NCBI GenBank assembly: GCA_051294375.1
Contig: CM119265.1
Coordinates: forward strand, 20,368,966 to 20,432,965
Origin: Paraspadella gotoi
Lineage: Eukaryota; Animalia; Chaetognatha
Length of the DNA stretch: 64,000 nt
Direction of reading: 5' to 3'
The notes beneath the pieces were generated by a model. It had not been told where the DNA came from and ran no database searches. It worked only from the letters and a program-made list of their open reading frames with translations. The position numbers and the translations under genes were made by a program. Of the stretch, positions 14,186-26,195 are shown in pieces. Within the stretch, counting starts at the first letter, position 1. Every line of letters starts with the position of its first letter.

Positions 14186-16519
14186 ATGACCAGAAGTCAT
14201 CAAATGCTTGAATATGTTATGCTGATTAACGAATTTCTCGGTAGCATGTATCCAATGAGAAATCTCCGAAAACATTGGATTAGTGCAATAACAGCAGAAA
14301 TATTCGATATGATTACGCAGTCCACATACCTTGTCCGCTGTATCACTCCAGTGCTAATAAAAAAAAACAAAGCGAATCTAGTTGATGGCAGAAATGATGA
14401 AAAATCTCATTACGAGCGCAGATGCTCCAGGTAACAATTGATGACAACAGACTATAGCGACTCGACCCCTACGTTTCTTGATAAAGCCCATAAAAAACTA
14501 TCCCAGTCTTCGCGATCGATCAGAGCGACTGGACTCTTACTCACCGCGCGCTACTGCGAGTATTTTATATTTATTTGCCCTCATATAATTTCTTATAGCG
14601 GTTTATTTGAACTTTGTTCGATTTCAAATATAGGACGCTTCATCGAAGAGGTCTCGGTATGTCGGGTCCATTTATCTGTTTGGTTTTTAAAAATAAAACT
14701 GACTATAAAAACTCATTTAAGGAGTTAACTTTATAAACAAGAAACTTTTGAAATAACTGTATCACAATTTCTTCTGATGTGATATTAATGAATACATCTA
14801 AATGCCAACAAGACAACTCTCCTGGATGTGAGAATCAATAAATTGTGAAGTAGGACCAAGCGTAAGAGTATATTGACAATAGCACGATGACCAAGACGCT
14901 CATATTTGTAATTGCAATAACAGTCTTATTACGCAGTATGGGTCGACGCGCCGTACTATGCTTCTTGGCAGACGGCAAACGTTGCCTTATTGATATTCGA
15001 TTGCCGTTTGGTGTGTATCAATTCGAGTTCTACAAGTAGTAACATCTTTTTATAGAAGTGAATACCTTCGCGGAGGAGAATCGAATATCGTCGAGTTCTG
15101 AAATCCTTAGATCGGTCAGCACTCTAGAGAGAGTTTCTCTTCCTGAGCGTGATATTCATTTGTCGATTATGATAAATAGAAAGTGACAAATGTACCACAA
15201 AACGATCTCGATTATACGCATGCCACTGTACTTCTGTAGTCACACGACTTCCGAAGACAGTGCCTAGGTGGTTTTGAAAGCAATCTGAGGTCTAGAAATA
15301 TAACAGCGGGGCGCAAGCATACACATTCGCCTTTCATCCCTAGACCGAATGCAAGTCGTTGTGTGTGGTTCTTTTGTTTACTGCTCTGGTCTGGTGTGCA
15401 TTACTCTATCGTGTGTTAGGATTAGGGCTTTATTGATGCTGGAATGTTTGAAATCTGGTGAGGCCTGCGTAACTCCGGTCCTATTTTTGGTATCAGTTCG
15501 GCTCTAGCTGTGTCTTACTCCGCACGACCGCGCTTAGAATACAGAGTGCGGGCGGTTAGCGTCCCCCGGTCAGTACAGTCCAGTGAATGCTAAGTCGGTT
15601 GGCTTCTTTTTTTTTTTCAGATAGGCTCAATTCTCTATGGAGCTGCTTTAAAACCAATCTTATTTTACACCTGTCCCTAAAAATTGTAGTCAGAAAAATT
15701 GGGGATGAACGAAACGTGAATACTCTATCTTCATATATCTTTTTCGCCTCCTCTTATGTAGTTGTACCTCGTTATTTGTTATACAATTGTATTCTGCACA
15801 AACTCGCGCGAAGGAACGCGTCCCTTCTATCTCTTAACGCCCGCGGTATCATCTCCATATCGCCGATTTTCGGTTCAATGTGGAGAGCAATTTAGTATAT
15901 GGAGGGACTAAATGTGTTATGTTTAGGACAGCACTCGAATAAGTGTGAGAAGTAGGGAGGAGCATCTCCAAGCATCCTACTGAAAAAAAAGAGTCACGAG
16001 ACCGATGATGACGACGACGACGGACGACGCCGATTTCAAGCCGTCGTTCGGACACAAGAGCCGAACTAACCAAAAATAGACGAGCGCTCGTTTCAACATC
16101 AGCATAAAGTAAACACAGACAAAACATAAACAAGACACAAACGACTTGATTCGTTAGGCCAAGGCCGATGTCTTCGCCCGCGTTGACCGTCTTTCCCTCT
16201 GGACTTTCTCGGAGCGTGTGACACAGAAGTGACAGTGTAAATCGGATCGTTTGTGTACATTTTCATTTCTATATCAAATGACAAATGAAAATCACGCAGG
16301 AAGAGAAACTCTTCTAGAGTTGACGATCTAGATTTAAGATCGACGATATCATTTCCTCCGAATCACTTCCATAAAAAAGATGTTATTAATGAGAAACGAG
16401 ATACAGGCCCCGTCTGCAGCATAGTAGCGGCTCGACCAATATGCGTATAATATATAATATACGTTGAGGCTATTTAACCCAGGCCTCAGTTATATTCCAG
16501 ATCGATGTTTTTGATTAGA

Positions 16520-16683
16520 TGTATCAAAATCCAGAAATAACTTTTTCAAAGTTTCTTTTTATAAAGTTAACTCCCTTTAAATGAGTTTTTATATCATTTT
16601 TTTTTAAAAACCAAAAGATAAATGGACCGACAGACCGACCGATAAGCGTCCTATAGAGTCTAAGCAAAAGCCGCTTAAAAAAT
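16520..16683 (-). mobile_element. Probable older DINE-1/HINE-like remnant
   Basis: A (GACC/GACA)n run, then tatagagtc, a TAAGC..GCTTA hairpin and an A-run: the same order of parts as 32650-32756. Confidence 0.35.
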
Positions 16684-18639
16684 ATGGGGCAAATAAAAAT
16701 ACATAGCGGGGGTGGAAGAGTCATTGCTTTGATCCGACCAGAAGGAATTTTTTATGGGCTTTCAGAACGGGCGTCGTCGTTGTTGTTGTCATCATTTCTG
16801 ACATTGCGACGGTTTTTATCATTTCTCACGAAGATTGCTTTTTTTTTTACTGATATCCATTGTATGGTAATCAACAATATTCAGGTTATGCTAATCAATG
16901 TTATTGACATTCATGACATGCTAATCAACAATATTAGCATTGATGGGCTGGTCATCATCGATGGCGCGTTGGAGAACCGCGGGGTCGTAAACTCTCCGGA
17001 CTGGAGGCGCTGGCCCACGCTCCGGTTTCGAACTGCGTGGGCGCTGCTCGCACGTGGCGGTCGCGCGCGACAGTTGCGTGCACTAGTCGCCAACTGTGCG
17101 TTACGCATGCTGCTTTTTTTTGTTTTGCGACGGAGAAAAAAGCAACCGGGTGCGACCCAATGCGCGAGCGCATAAAGAGAGAGGGAGACAGAGAAAGAGA
17201 GTGAGAGAGAGAGAGAGACAGAGTGAGAGAGAAAGAGAAAGANNNNNNNNNNNNNNNNNNNNNNNNNNNNNNNNNNNNNNNNNNNNNNNNNNNNNNNNNN
17301 NNNNNNNNNNNNNNNNNNNNNNNNNNNNNNNNNNNNNNNNNNNNNNNNNNNNNNNNNNNNNNNNNNNNNNNNNNNNNNNNNNNNNNNNNNNNNNNNNNNN
17401 NNNNNNNNNNNNNNNNNNNNNNNNNNNNNNNNNNNNNNNNNNNNNNNNNNNNNNNNNNNNNNNNNNNNNNNNNNNNNNNNNNNNNNNNNNNNNNNNNNNN
17501 NNNNNNNNNNNNNNNNNNNNNNNNNNNNNNNNNNNNNNNNNNNNNNNNNNNNNNNNNNNNNNNNNNNNNNNNNNNNNNNNNNNNNNNNNNNNNNNNNNNN
17601 NNNNNNNNNNNNNNNNNNNNNNNNNNNNNNNNNNNNNNNNNNNNNNNNNNNNNNNNNNNNNNNNNNNNNNNNNNNNNNNNNNNNNNNNNNNNNNNNNNNN
17701 NNNNNNNNNNNNNNNNNNNNNNNNNNNNNNNNNNNNNNNNNNNNNNNNNNNNNNNNNNNNNNNNNNNNNNNNNNNNNNNNNNNNNNNNNNNNNNNNNNNN
17801 NNNNAGAGAGAGAGAGAGAGAGCATTCCCACTCCGATCGTTTTTCGCTTCGTTTGGACTTTTAATGATCTCGCGCGCGAAGACTCGAGAATCTCATTTAA
17901 AAAAAACGTGCGCGAATTTGAGTCTCGATTCGATAATTAATTTCGACGCTTTTATCGCTCATTAAGGTAAGGGCGAGGTTCGCGCGGAACTTAATGAGAA
18001 GCTATGATTTATTTTCAAATATAAAAGTTAAAACTTTAAAGTGAATCATGTTTAAATTTAAGGTCGGTCTTCGTCGGTCGTTCGCCTCCGTCTCTGAATT
18101 TCTTGCGCAACGGTCGTCTTGCGAGGGAGACCTCGATCCCACGAGGCTCTCGGGATCTTCCCGTCTGAACCCGGAGAAAGTCTTTTCCCGGATAGTGGCT
18201 CATTGTTTCTCGCCTCTCAAGAGCTGAGGAATGATGATGTAATTCGATGATTCACCTTTCTGATAGAGGATCTCACGATTACGGATATCATTTACGACGA
18301 ATGTAGAACTTGAAAAAGGATTAGTTTTTCCAGGATCTCCGTCAAGATAGAGGCTCACCTTACCGCCAGAACCTCTCTCTCCCCCGGGCCTTCTCTTCCC
18401 CCTCTCAACGCCTCCTCCTCCCCTCGCCGTTCCCTCCTCTTCATCCCCGGAGTCACGGATAGAGTCTTGGAGATCGGACTCTCTCTCTCAACTTCTCCTC
18501 TCGGTCACGGCAAACCTTCCCTCTCCCTTCTCTCCCTTTTATGTACCCTTGTTCCCTTTGTTATAGCTACTTACCTACCTCTTTTCACTAATGAGAGACG
18601 AGTTAGAACCTACCTTTAGCTAGATACCCATCTTCCCAG

Positions 18640-18698
18640 TGGCGCCCAATGTGGGGCTCGAACCCACGACCCCGGGATTAAGAGTCCCGTGCTCTAAC
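18640..18698 (-). pseudogene. 5'-truncated tRNA-Lys(CTT) copy with encoded 3' CCA; on the + strand it reads as an extended Lys primer-binding site
   Basis: Minus strand: GTTAGAGCACGGGACTCTTAATCCCGGGGTCGTGGGTTCGAGCCCCACATTGGGCGCCA. Anticodon stem CGGGA/TCCCG and T stem GTGGG/CCCAC are perfect, the anticodon CTT is at 18680-18682 and the B box is intact. The first ~18 nt (5' acceptor strand and 5' D-stem strand) are absent. Confidence 0.85.
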
Positions 18699-19239
18699 AA
18701 TTTAATTTATCTAACAATTTTTTTCGACAGTTGATGCAATTTCATCGAAAGAGAGTTAATCGGTCTACCCCGTTTGTTTCAATGTTTCACGAATTAAAAA
18801 TAGTTGCTCACTACATTCTCCTCCACGTAACTCGACATCGTTTGTATACACGGTTGTAATTCCATAAATAATCGATTCGAATGTCAATAGACATCGTTCG
18901 CTTTGATGGCTACCATTCTGTCAGACTCGATTCTCCGAGATGTAATTAGAAACCGTTCATTTCCCCGGATGTAACGACCAAGCCTCGTTTCCCCGGATCC
19001 GTCCGAAGCTGAAGCGCAAAGCCCCGAGGAATTATTAATGAGAAATGCGAAATACGAAATTAATCGTCTTCGTTCGTAAGAATTTTTCTCTTTAAAATGC
19101 GGTAATATCGACTAAGTATCGGCATCGAAGAAAAAGGATAGGAAAGAGAAAAAAGGAAAGGGAAAGGGAATAAAGGATAGGAATCGCTTAGGTTAGGTTC
19201 GGTTTCGACGCACGACGTTGAACGACGAAGTCTCGGAGG

Positions 19240-21053
19240 ATGTCGCCGCCTCCAAGGGTATTTGTCATTGTGTCCTGGCACATTAGATTCAAACTGATTT
19301 TTCTCGAATATCTCGGTCGCAGGCGAATAAATCGGTCAAGGCTTTGGATCGGAAGCCGGGAACGCACAGGCTAAATTTGCAAAAAAAGGTTTGGCTCTTT
19401 TGGCTGAAGTGTTTTCGTTTGATTAAAGTGCGGAGAAAATGGGACGCTCGTCCGCGGCTTTCAGGATTCGGATACTTCAACCGTGACGTCAAAGCATCTC
19501 GAGACGACCGTCGCAACCTCCGCCCCCGCCGCCATACCAGCCACACCAGCCACCCCGAAGTCTCCCGCCCCTGTCACCGCCAAGTCAGCCCCCGCCAATG
19601 TCGGAAAACCCGAGAAATCGAGAAATCGACAAAACAAATCCGGAAACCGATCCAAGCCGACGGCGGCCGACGCAGCTAGAAAATTTTCCGACCACGAGGT
19701 GAAGAGGCTGTTGGAAGTCTTCAAGAGTTACGCCGTTCGTGACACGTCGAGGAGGAAGTATCCGACTTGGAGGATGGACGCCTCCACCTTTAAGGGGTGA
19801 GGAAGAGGGCGAGTGGAGTGGTTTGAATTGAATTGGATCTGAACTGGAGTGGAGAATTGTGAGAATTGGTCTCGAATTCTTATCCCCAAAAATTCCGTCC
19901 TCCACTCTGGTTTGGATCTTGATAGACCTTTTGTCGGAAATTTGGACTTGGGTTTCAGCGTCGTGGCAATTTTTGTTAAAAAAATAGAAATAAAAAAAAG
20001 CACAACCAGTTCTTCAAAAACGGTGAGTCGCAAGTCAAGCATCAAGATCTCTTTCTCTTCCTGTTCCTCCTTCCTTCTTCCTTCAAGGATCATGTTCTTT
20101 ACCTTCGGCATCAATCATCCCGCCGTTCTCGAAGGCCTCTTCAACGCCTTCAACTCGGGCGGTCGCGCCACTCTCTTTGATGACGATTGGTTGACGGGAC
20201 TCTCCGTCTTCCTCCGCGGAGACTTCGAGGAGCGCGTCTCCTTCGCGTGGAGCGTCTACGCCGGGGTCAATCAGGATTATTTGACGAAGTGAGCGACACG
20301 GGATAACAGGATACGACACGTTAAAACCGCCGACCGACTGACCAAGACTCTACCGGTCGGGACCCGAACAGAACGACCGGACCGGACCGGACCCGACAGG
20401 ATTCGAGCGGACTCGAGCCGATGGACCGATTAAAGAAAGAAAATGAATTGAAAAGAAACGAAACGAGGATCGAATATTCGTTTTTCTTTCAATCCTAATA
20501 TTTCCCCCCATATTTCATTCTCCGCTCAAGAGTCCAGATGCACGAATTCTTGTACCAAACTTTCGTCGGAACTCGTGGCGCGGACGACGAGTTGGAACTT
20601 CAGGAAGCGACGCAGGTTGTCCATCGTTGGGTCGTCATGGAGCACTTCTTTTTCTTTTTTAGTCTGTCTTCTACAGATTTTTAATCGATTTGTTCTTTCA
20701 TTCATTCGATGCTTGTTTCGTTCTATCCCTTGTTCGTTCGTCCGTCCGTTCGTTCGTTCGTTCGTTCGTTCGTTCGTTCGTTCGTTCGTTATTTCGTTAT
20801 TTCGTTCGTTCGTTCGTTCATTCGTTTCATTATCCTGTGACGCCCTCTATCGCGCCCCCAGGACTTCGTAGAGACGGTCTACCGACGTCTCGACGTCAAC
20901 CAAGACAACCGCGTGGACTTCACCGACTTCGAAAAGGCCGTTCTCCGACAGCCGCTGATGCTGGAGTGCCTCGGGAGGTGCTTTCCCTCGCAGCGGCGCG
21001 TCAACGTGTTTAGGACGACCTTCGCCGACAGGACGGACGTCGAACTCTTATGA
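19240..21053 (+). CDS. EFCAB1: Calaxin / EFCAB1-like NCS-family EF-hand protein, 5 exons: 19240-19257, 19465-19796, 20088-20288, 20531-20615, 20862-21053 (275 aa)
   Basis: All four introns are GT-AG with compatible phases (0,2,2,0) and splice into one open frame: ...FSDHEVKRLLEVF...MDASTFKGIMFFTFGINHPAVLEGLFNAF...WLTGLSVFLRGDFEERVSFAWSVY...VQMHEFLYQTF...DFVETVYRRLDVNQDNRVDFTDFEKAVLRQPLMLECLGRCFP. This parallels calaxin motifs as I recall them (ILHVTFGM, WIHGLSLFLRGSLEEK, LLLEAFGPCLP). The 18-nt first exon (MSPPPR) is the least certain part. Confidence 0.85.
20732..20826. repeat. (TTCG)n microsatellite in calaxin-like intron 4
   Basis: Direct reading. Confidence 0.85.
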
Positions 21054-23720
21054 GAGGCCGAGTCGATCGGACGGGGGCATCGACGGGGATGCTTAATCGA
21101 AGAGGCTCCGCTACAATATTGATGATAATAAGAATAAAAAAGTATTAAAGTGGGAACACAATCCTGATGACTTGAAAGCGATGCAAAACCAAAGGTATCT
21201 AGCTATTATCGGAACATGGGCTCTGAAAAGGCGCTGCGAACATTTTCTTTCTTTTTCCCCTTCTCCTCTCCTCCTCCCTCTTTTCCCTCCTTCCTTCCTT
21301 TCTCTCCCTCTTTCTATAAAGCGTTGGTTTGCTTTTCTGCTCTCGTCTTCTCCTTGTCTCGTTGCATATGAACTCACAAAATCCGCCCGCGCCACAACCA
21401 CCCATTTCTTCGCCCCTCGCTGTCAAAGACGAGCGTCCAACTGAGACACGAATCGGGGGAGGAGGAAGAGCAGGAGGAGGGAGGAGGAAGGAGGAGGAGG
21501 AAATAAGAAAATCATCAGATTTGTCATTCATGCGGGGAGGAAAAAGGGGGGGGAGGAAGGGAGGAGTTGATCGATGAAAGAAGGAAGAGGGAAAGCTATT
21601 AAAAGGTTGATGGAGAGATGACAGTTATGGACGGACAAAGAGAAAGGAAATGAAAAGTAAAGAAGGAAAAATAGAAGAATCGAATTTTTAAAAGTAAGAA
21701 ATGAAGAGAGAGAGAGAGAGAGAGAAGAGGAGAGCTAGATAGAGAGAGATGAAGAGAGGAGAGAGAGAGAGACAGAGACAGGGGTGATTACAGAGAGAGA
21801 TTGTACTTTGAATAATTACGAGAGAAACCAAAAATATTCTAAAATGAAAAAAAAATCTATGTGATCCCAACAAAATTAGAGGATAGAAAAAATATAAAAA
21901 AAAAGGGGAGAGACAGGATAAAAAGGGAGGTTCGCTAGTCGCCGGTTTTATCGCCGTCCGAGGCGCCACTTCCTACAATAGAATGGAATACGGGTGAATG
22001 GTACGAGTGAAAGAGTTAGAAAGAGTGGGAGTTTAGAGAGAAGGCGAGAAAAGTGTTACTGAATGGGGGAGCGAAACAGAGGTGGAAGGAAAGAAGTAAG
22101 GGAGGAAGGTAGGAAGAAAGAAAGAAAGAAAGAAAAAAAGAAAAAAAGAAAAAAAGAAAAAAGAAAGAAAGAAAGAAAAAAAGAAAGAAAAAAAAGAAGG
22201 AAAGAAAGAAAGAAGGAAAGAAAGAAAAAGCGACCGAGCGAAGCAAAAAAAAAGGGGACGAGAGAGATAGAGCAAAGCGATTCCGGAATATGACCCATGA
22301 TAATCGGAATGCGCCGTTTGAAGAGTGGAATCGTTGATGGAGGGGAGGAGGTTAGGGGGCGTGGAGGTGGTGCGGGCGATCGTGTTGATGTGAAGGGGGC
22401 AACGAAGGCGAATGATGTGTGGGGGAATAAGAGTGAAAGGACTTTTAATGGGCGTTGGAAGCGAGAGGGAGAAAAGGAAAGGAAGGAAAGGAAAGAGATG
22501 TTAAGGGAGTTAGGGATGAAGGATTTAAAAGTCGATACTGGATAAGAAAAAAAAATGGCGACGTAATAAGAGAAATTTGGAGGACGGAATTAGTGAGAAA
22601 AGAAAATAAAAGAGCGAAGGAGAAAGGAAAGAGGGAAGGAAAGAAGGATGAGATAAAAAAACAATTTTTTTGGGAGAAAAAGTTAAAAAAAAAGGAACTT
22701 TGTCACGGAGGGTCGCTGGGAGAGGACGACTGACGAAAAAGTCTTTATGGACTGTGAAGTGGTGATATAAATTTAAAAAAAATTATTAAGAACCAGTTAA
22801 TAAACGAGCAATGCAATAAAAAATATAAATCATTAAAAAAATGACAATAAACAAAACCTTAGACGAAAATAGCGAAAAAACTAAAGAAAAAAGCAGAATA
22901 GTAAATTAATAATTTACTTAATTTAATCTAATTATGCATGAAACGAATAAAACAATATTAGAACCAACTGTAATTCTATACAATTTTATTAAATTATCTC
23001 CAATCGTATTCAATTGTATCCAATTGTATCCTTTATATTAGGTNNNNNNNNNNNNNNNNNNNNNNNNNATATGAGAAGCTATAGATATTATTTTTAAATA
23101 TAAGTTAAAACTTTTAAAGTGAATCATGTATAAATTTAAGGCGGTCTTCGTCGGTCGTTCGCCTCCGTCTCTGAATTTCGTTGCGGCAACGGTCGTCTTG
23201 CGAGGGAACCTCGATCCCCACGCAGGCTCTCGGGATCTTTCCGTCTGAACCGGAGAAAGTTTTCCGGAATAGTGGCTCATTGTTTTCTCGCCTCTCAAGA
23301 GTGAGGAATGATGAATGTAATTCGATGATTCACCTTTTCTGATAGAGGATCTCACGATTACGGATACATTTACGACGAATGTAGACTTGAAAGGATTAGT
23401 TTTTCCAGGGATCTCGTAAGATAGAGGCTCACCTTACCGCCAGAACCTCTCTCTCCCCGGGCCCTTCTCTTCCCCCTCTCAACGCCTCCTCCTCCCCTCG
23501 GCCGTTCCCTCCCTCTTCCATTCCCCGCGAGTCACGGATAGAGTCTTGGAGATCGGACTCTCTCTTCTCAACTTCTCCTCTCGGTCACGGCAAACCTTCC
23601 CTCTCCTCTCTCCCTTTATGTACCCTATGTTCCCTTTGTTATAGCTACTATACCTACCTCTTTTCACTAATGAGAGACGAGTTAGAACCTACCTTTAGCT
23701 TAGATACCCATCTTTCCCAG

Positions 23721-23780
23721 TGGCGCCCAATGTGGGGCTCGAACCCACGACCCCGGGATTAAGAGTCCCGTGCTCTAAAC
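23721..23780 (-). pseudogene. Duplicate of the truncated tRNA-Lys(CTT)-CCA copy
   Basis: Same sequence and flanks as 18640-18698. Confidence 0.75.
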
Positions 23781-24327
23781 AATTTAATTTATCTATACAA
23801 TTTTTTTCGACAGTTGATCAATTTCATCGAAAGAGAGTTATAATCGGTCTACCCCGTTTGTTTCATGTTTCACGGATTAAAAATGTTGCTCACTACATTT
23901 CTCCTCCACGTAAACTCGACTCGTTTGTATACACGGTCTGTAATTCCATAATAATCGATTCGATATGTCAATAGACAATCGTTCGCTTGATGGCTACCAT
24001 TCTGTCAGACTCGATTCTCCGAGATGTATTAGAAACGCGGTTCATTTCCCCGGATGTAACGACCAAGCCCCGTTTCCCCGATCCGTCCGAAGCTGAAGCG
24101 CAAAGCCCCGAGGCAATTATTAATGAGAAATGCGAAATACGAAATTAACGTCTTCGTTCGTAAGGAAAATTTTTCTCTTTAAAATGCGGTAATATCGAAC
24201 TAAGTATCGCATCGAAGAAAAAGGATAGGAAAGAGAAAAAGGAAAGGGAAAGGGAAATAAGGATAGGAATCGCTTAGGTTAGTGATCGGTTTTCGACGCA
24301 CGACGTTGAACGACGAAGTCTCGGAGG

Positions 24328-26195
24328 ATTCGCCGCCTCCAAGAAGGTATTTGTCATTGTGTCCTGGCACATTAGATTCAAACTGATTTTTCTCGAATAA
24401 TCTCGGTCGCAGGCGAATAAATCGGTCAAGGCTTGGAATCGAGAGCGGGAACGCACAGGCTAAATTGCAAAAAAAGTTTTGGCTTCTTTTGCTGAAGTTT
24501 TCGTTTGATTAAAGTGCGGAGAAAATGGGACGCTCGTCCGCGGCTTTCAGGATTCGGATACTTCAACCGTGACGTCAAAGCATCTCGAGCGACCGTTCGC
24601 AACCTCGCGCCCGCCGCCATAAACCAGCCACACCAGCCCCAAACCCCAAGAAGTCCTCCCGCCCTGTCACCGCCAAGTCAGCCCCGCCAATGTCGGAAAA
24701 CCCGAGAAATCGAAGAATCCGACAAAACAATCCGAACACTCCAAGCCGACGGCGGCCGACGCAGCTAGAAAAATTTTCCGCCACGAGGTGGAAGAGGCTG
24801 TTGGAAGTCTTCAAAGTTACGCTCGTTCGTGACACGTCGAGGAGAAGTTATCCACTTGGAGGATGAGACGCCTCCACCTTTAAAGGGGTGAGGAAGAGGG
24901 CGATGGATGTGGTTTGAATGAATTGGATTCTGAACTGGAGATGAGAATTGTGAGAAGAATGGTCGCGAATTCTTATCCCTAAAAAATTCCGTCCCTCCAC
25001 TCTTGGTTTGGATCTTGATAGACCTTTTGTTCGGAATTTGGACTGGGTTTCAGCGTGGGTCAATTTTGTTAAAAAAATAGAAATAAAAAAAAGACAACCA
25101 GTTCTTGCAAAACGGTGAAGTCGCAGTAATGCATCAAGATTCTCCTTCTTCTCTCCTGTTCCTCCTTACTTCTCCTTCAACTCAAGGATCATGTTCTTTA
25201 CCTTCGGCATCAATCATCCGCCGGTCTCGAAGGGCCTCTTCAACGCCTCAACTCGGGCGGTCGCGCCACTCTTTGATGACGATTGGTTACGGGACTCTCC
25301 GTCTTTCACTCCGCGGAGACTTTCGAGTGAGGGTCTCCTCTCGCGTTTGGAGCGTTACGCCGGGTTCAATCAGGATTATTTGACGAAGTGAAGCGACACG
25401 GGATAACAGGAATTACGACACGTCTTTTAAAACCGCGAACGACTGACCAAGACTCTACGGTCGGGACCCGAACAAGAACGACCGGGACCGGGACCGGACC
25501 GGACAGGATTCGAAGCGGACTCGAGCCGATGGACCGATTAAAAGAAAGAAGAATGAATTTGAAAAGAACGAACGAGATCGAATATTCGTTTTTTTCTTCA
25601 ATCCTAATATTTCCCCATATTTCATTCTCCGCTCAAGAGTCCAGATGCACGATCTTGTACCAACTTTCGTCGGAACGTCGTGGCGCGGACGACGACGTTG
25701 GAACTTCAGGAAGCGACGCAGGTTGATCCATCGTTGGGGTCTGCATGGAGCGCTTTTTTTTTCTTATTTTATAGTCTGTCTTCTACAGATTTTTAATCGA
25801 TTTGTTCTTTCATTCATTTCGATGCTTGTTTCGGTTCATCCATTGTTCGTTCGTCCGTCCGTTCGTTCGTTCGTATCGTTCGTTCGTTGTTTACGTTCAG
25901 TTCGTTGTTCGTTCGTTATTTCGTTATTCGTTCGTTCAGTTCGTTCATTCGTTTCATTATCCTGTGACGCCCTCTTAATCGCGCACCCAGGACTTCGATA
26001 GAGACGGTCTACCACGACGTCTCGACGTCACACAAGGACAACCGCGTTGGACTTCACCGACTTCAGAAAGGCCGTTCTCACGACAGCCGCATGATGCTGG
26101 AGTGCCTCGGGGAGGTGCTTTCCCTCGCAGCGGCGCAGTCAACGTGTTTAGGACCGACCTTCGCCGACAGGAACGCGACGGTCGAACTCTTATGA
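24328..26195 (+). pseudogene. Second, frameshifted copy of the calaxin-like gene; probably an assembly duplicate rather than a true pseudogene
   Basis: Colinear with 19240-21053 including introns. Differences are mostly scattered 1-2 nt indels. It lies in the block that starts right after the 25-N gap at 23044-23068. Confidence 0.6.

Larger units (their letters stand above)
6213..20820. repeat. Fold-back inverted duplication: 6213-~15700 is the reverse complement of ~15850-20820
   Basis: Paired landmarks: 13860-14110 with 16975-17175; 14640-14760 with 16525-16655; 15070-15210 with 16245-16365; 15480-15515 with 16050-16080. Confidence 0.85.

Noticed and set aside
16911-17965. 200-330 aa ORFs spanning N runs (also 36803-38096 and 48543-49532)
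   Set aside because: They are open only because of assembly gaps.
18640-18698. Functional tRNA-Lys gene
   Set aside because: It lacks the 5' acceptor strand and most of the A box in all three copies.
21160-21185. CTGATGA...GAAA hammerhead ribozyme core downstream of calaxin
   Set aside because: There is no room for stem II, no evident stems I/III, and the spacing differs among copies.
1-26195. Four-copy calaxin gene cluster with pseudogenes
   Set aside because: Indel-dominated divergence and junctions at 25-N gaps or an adapter-like centre point to assembly artefact. This is not formally excluded without reads.
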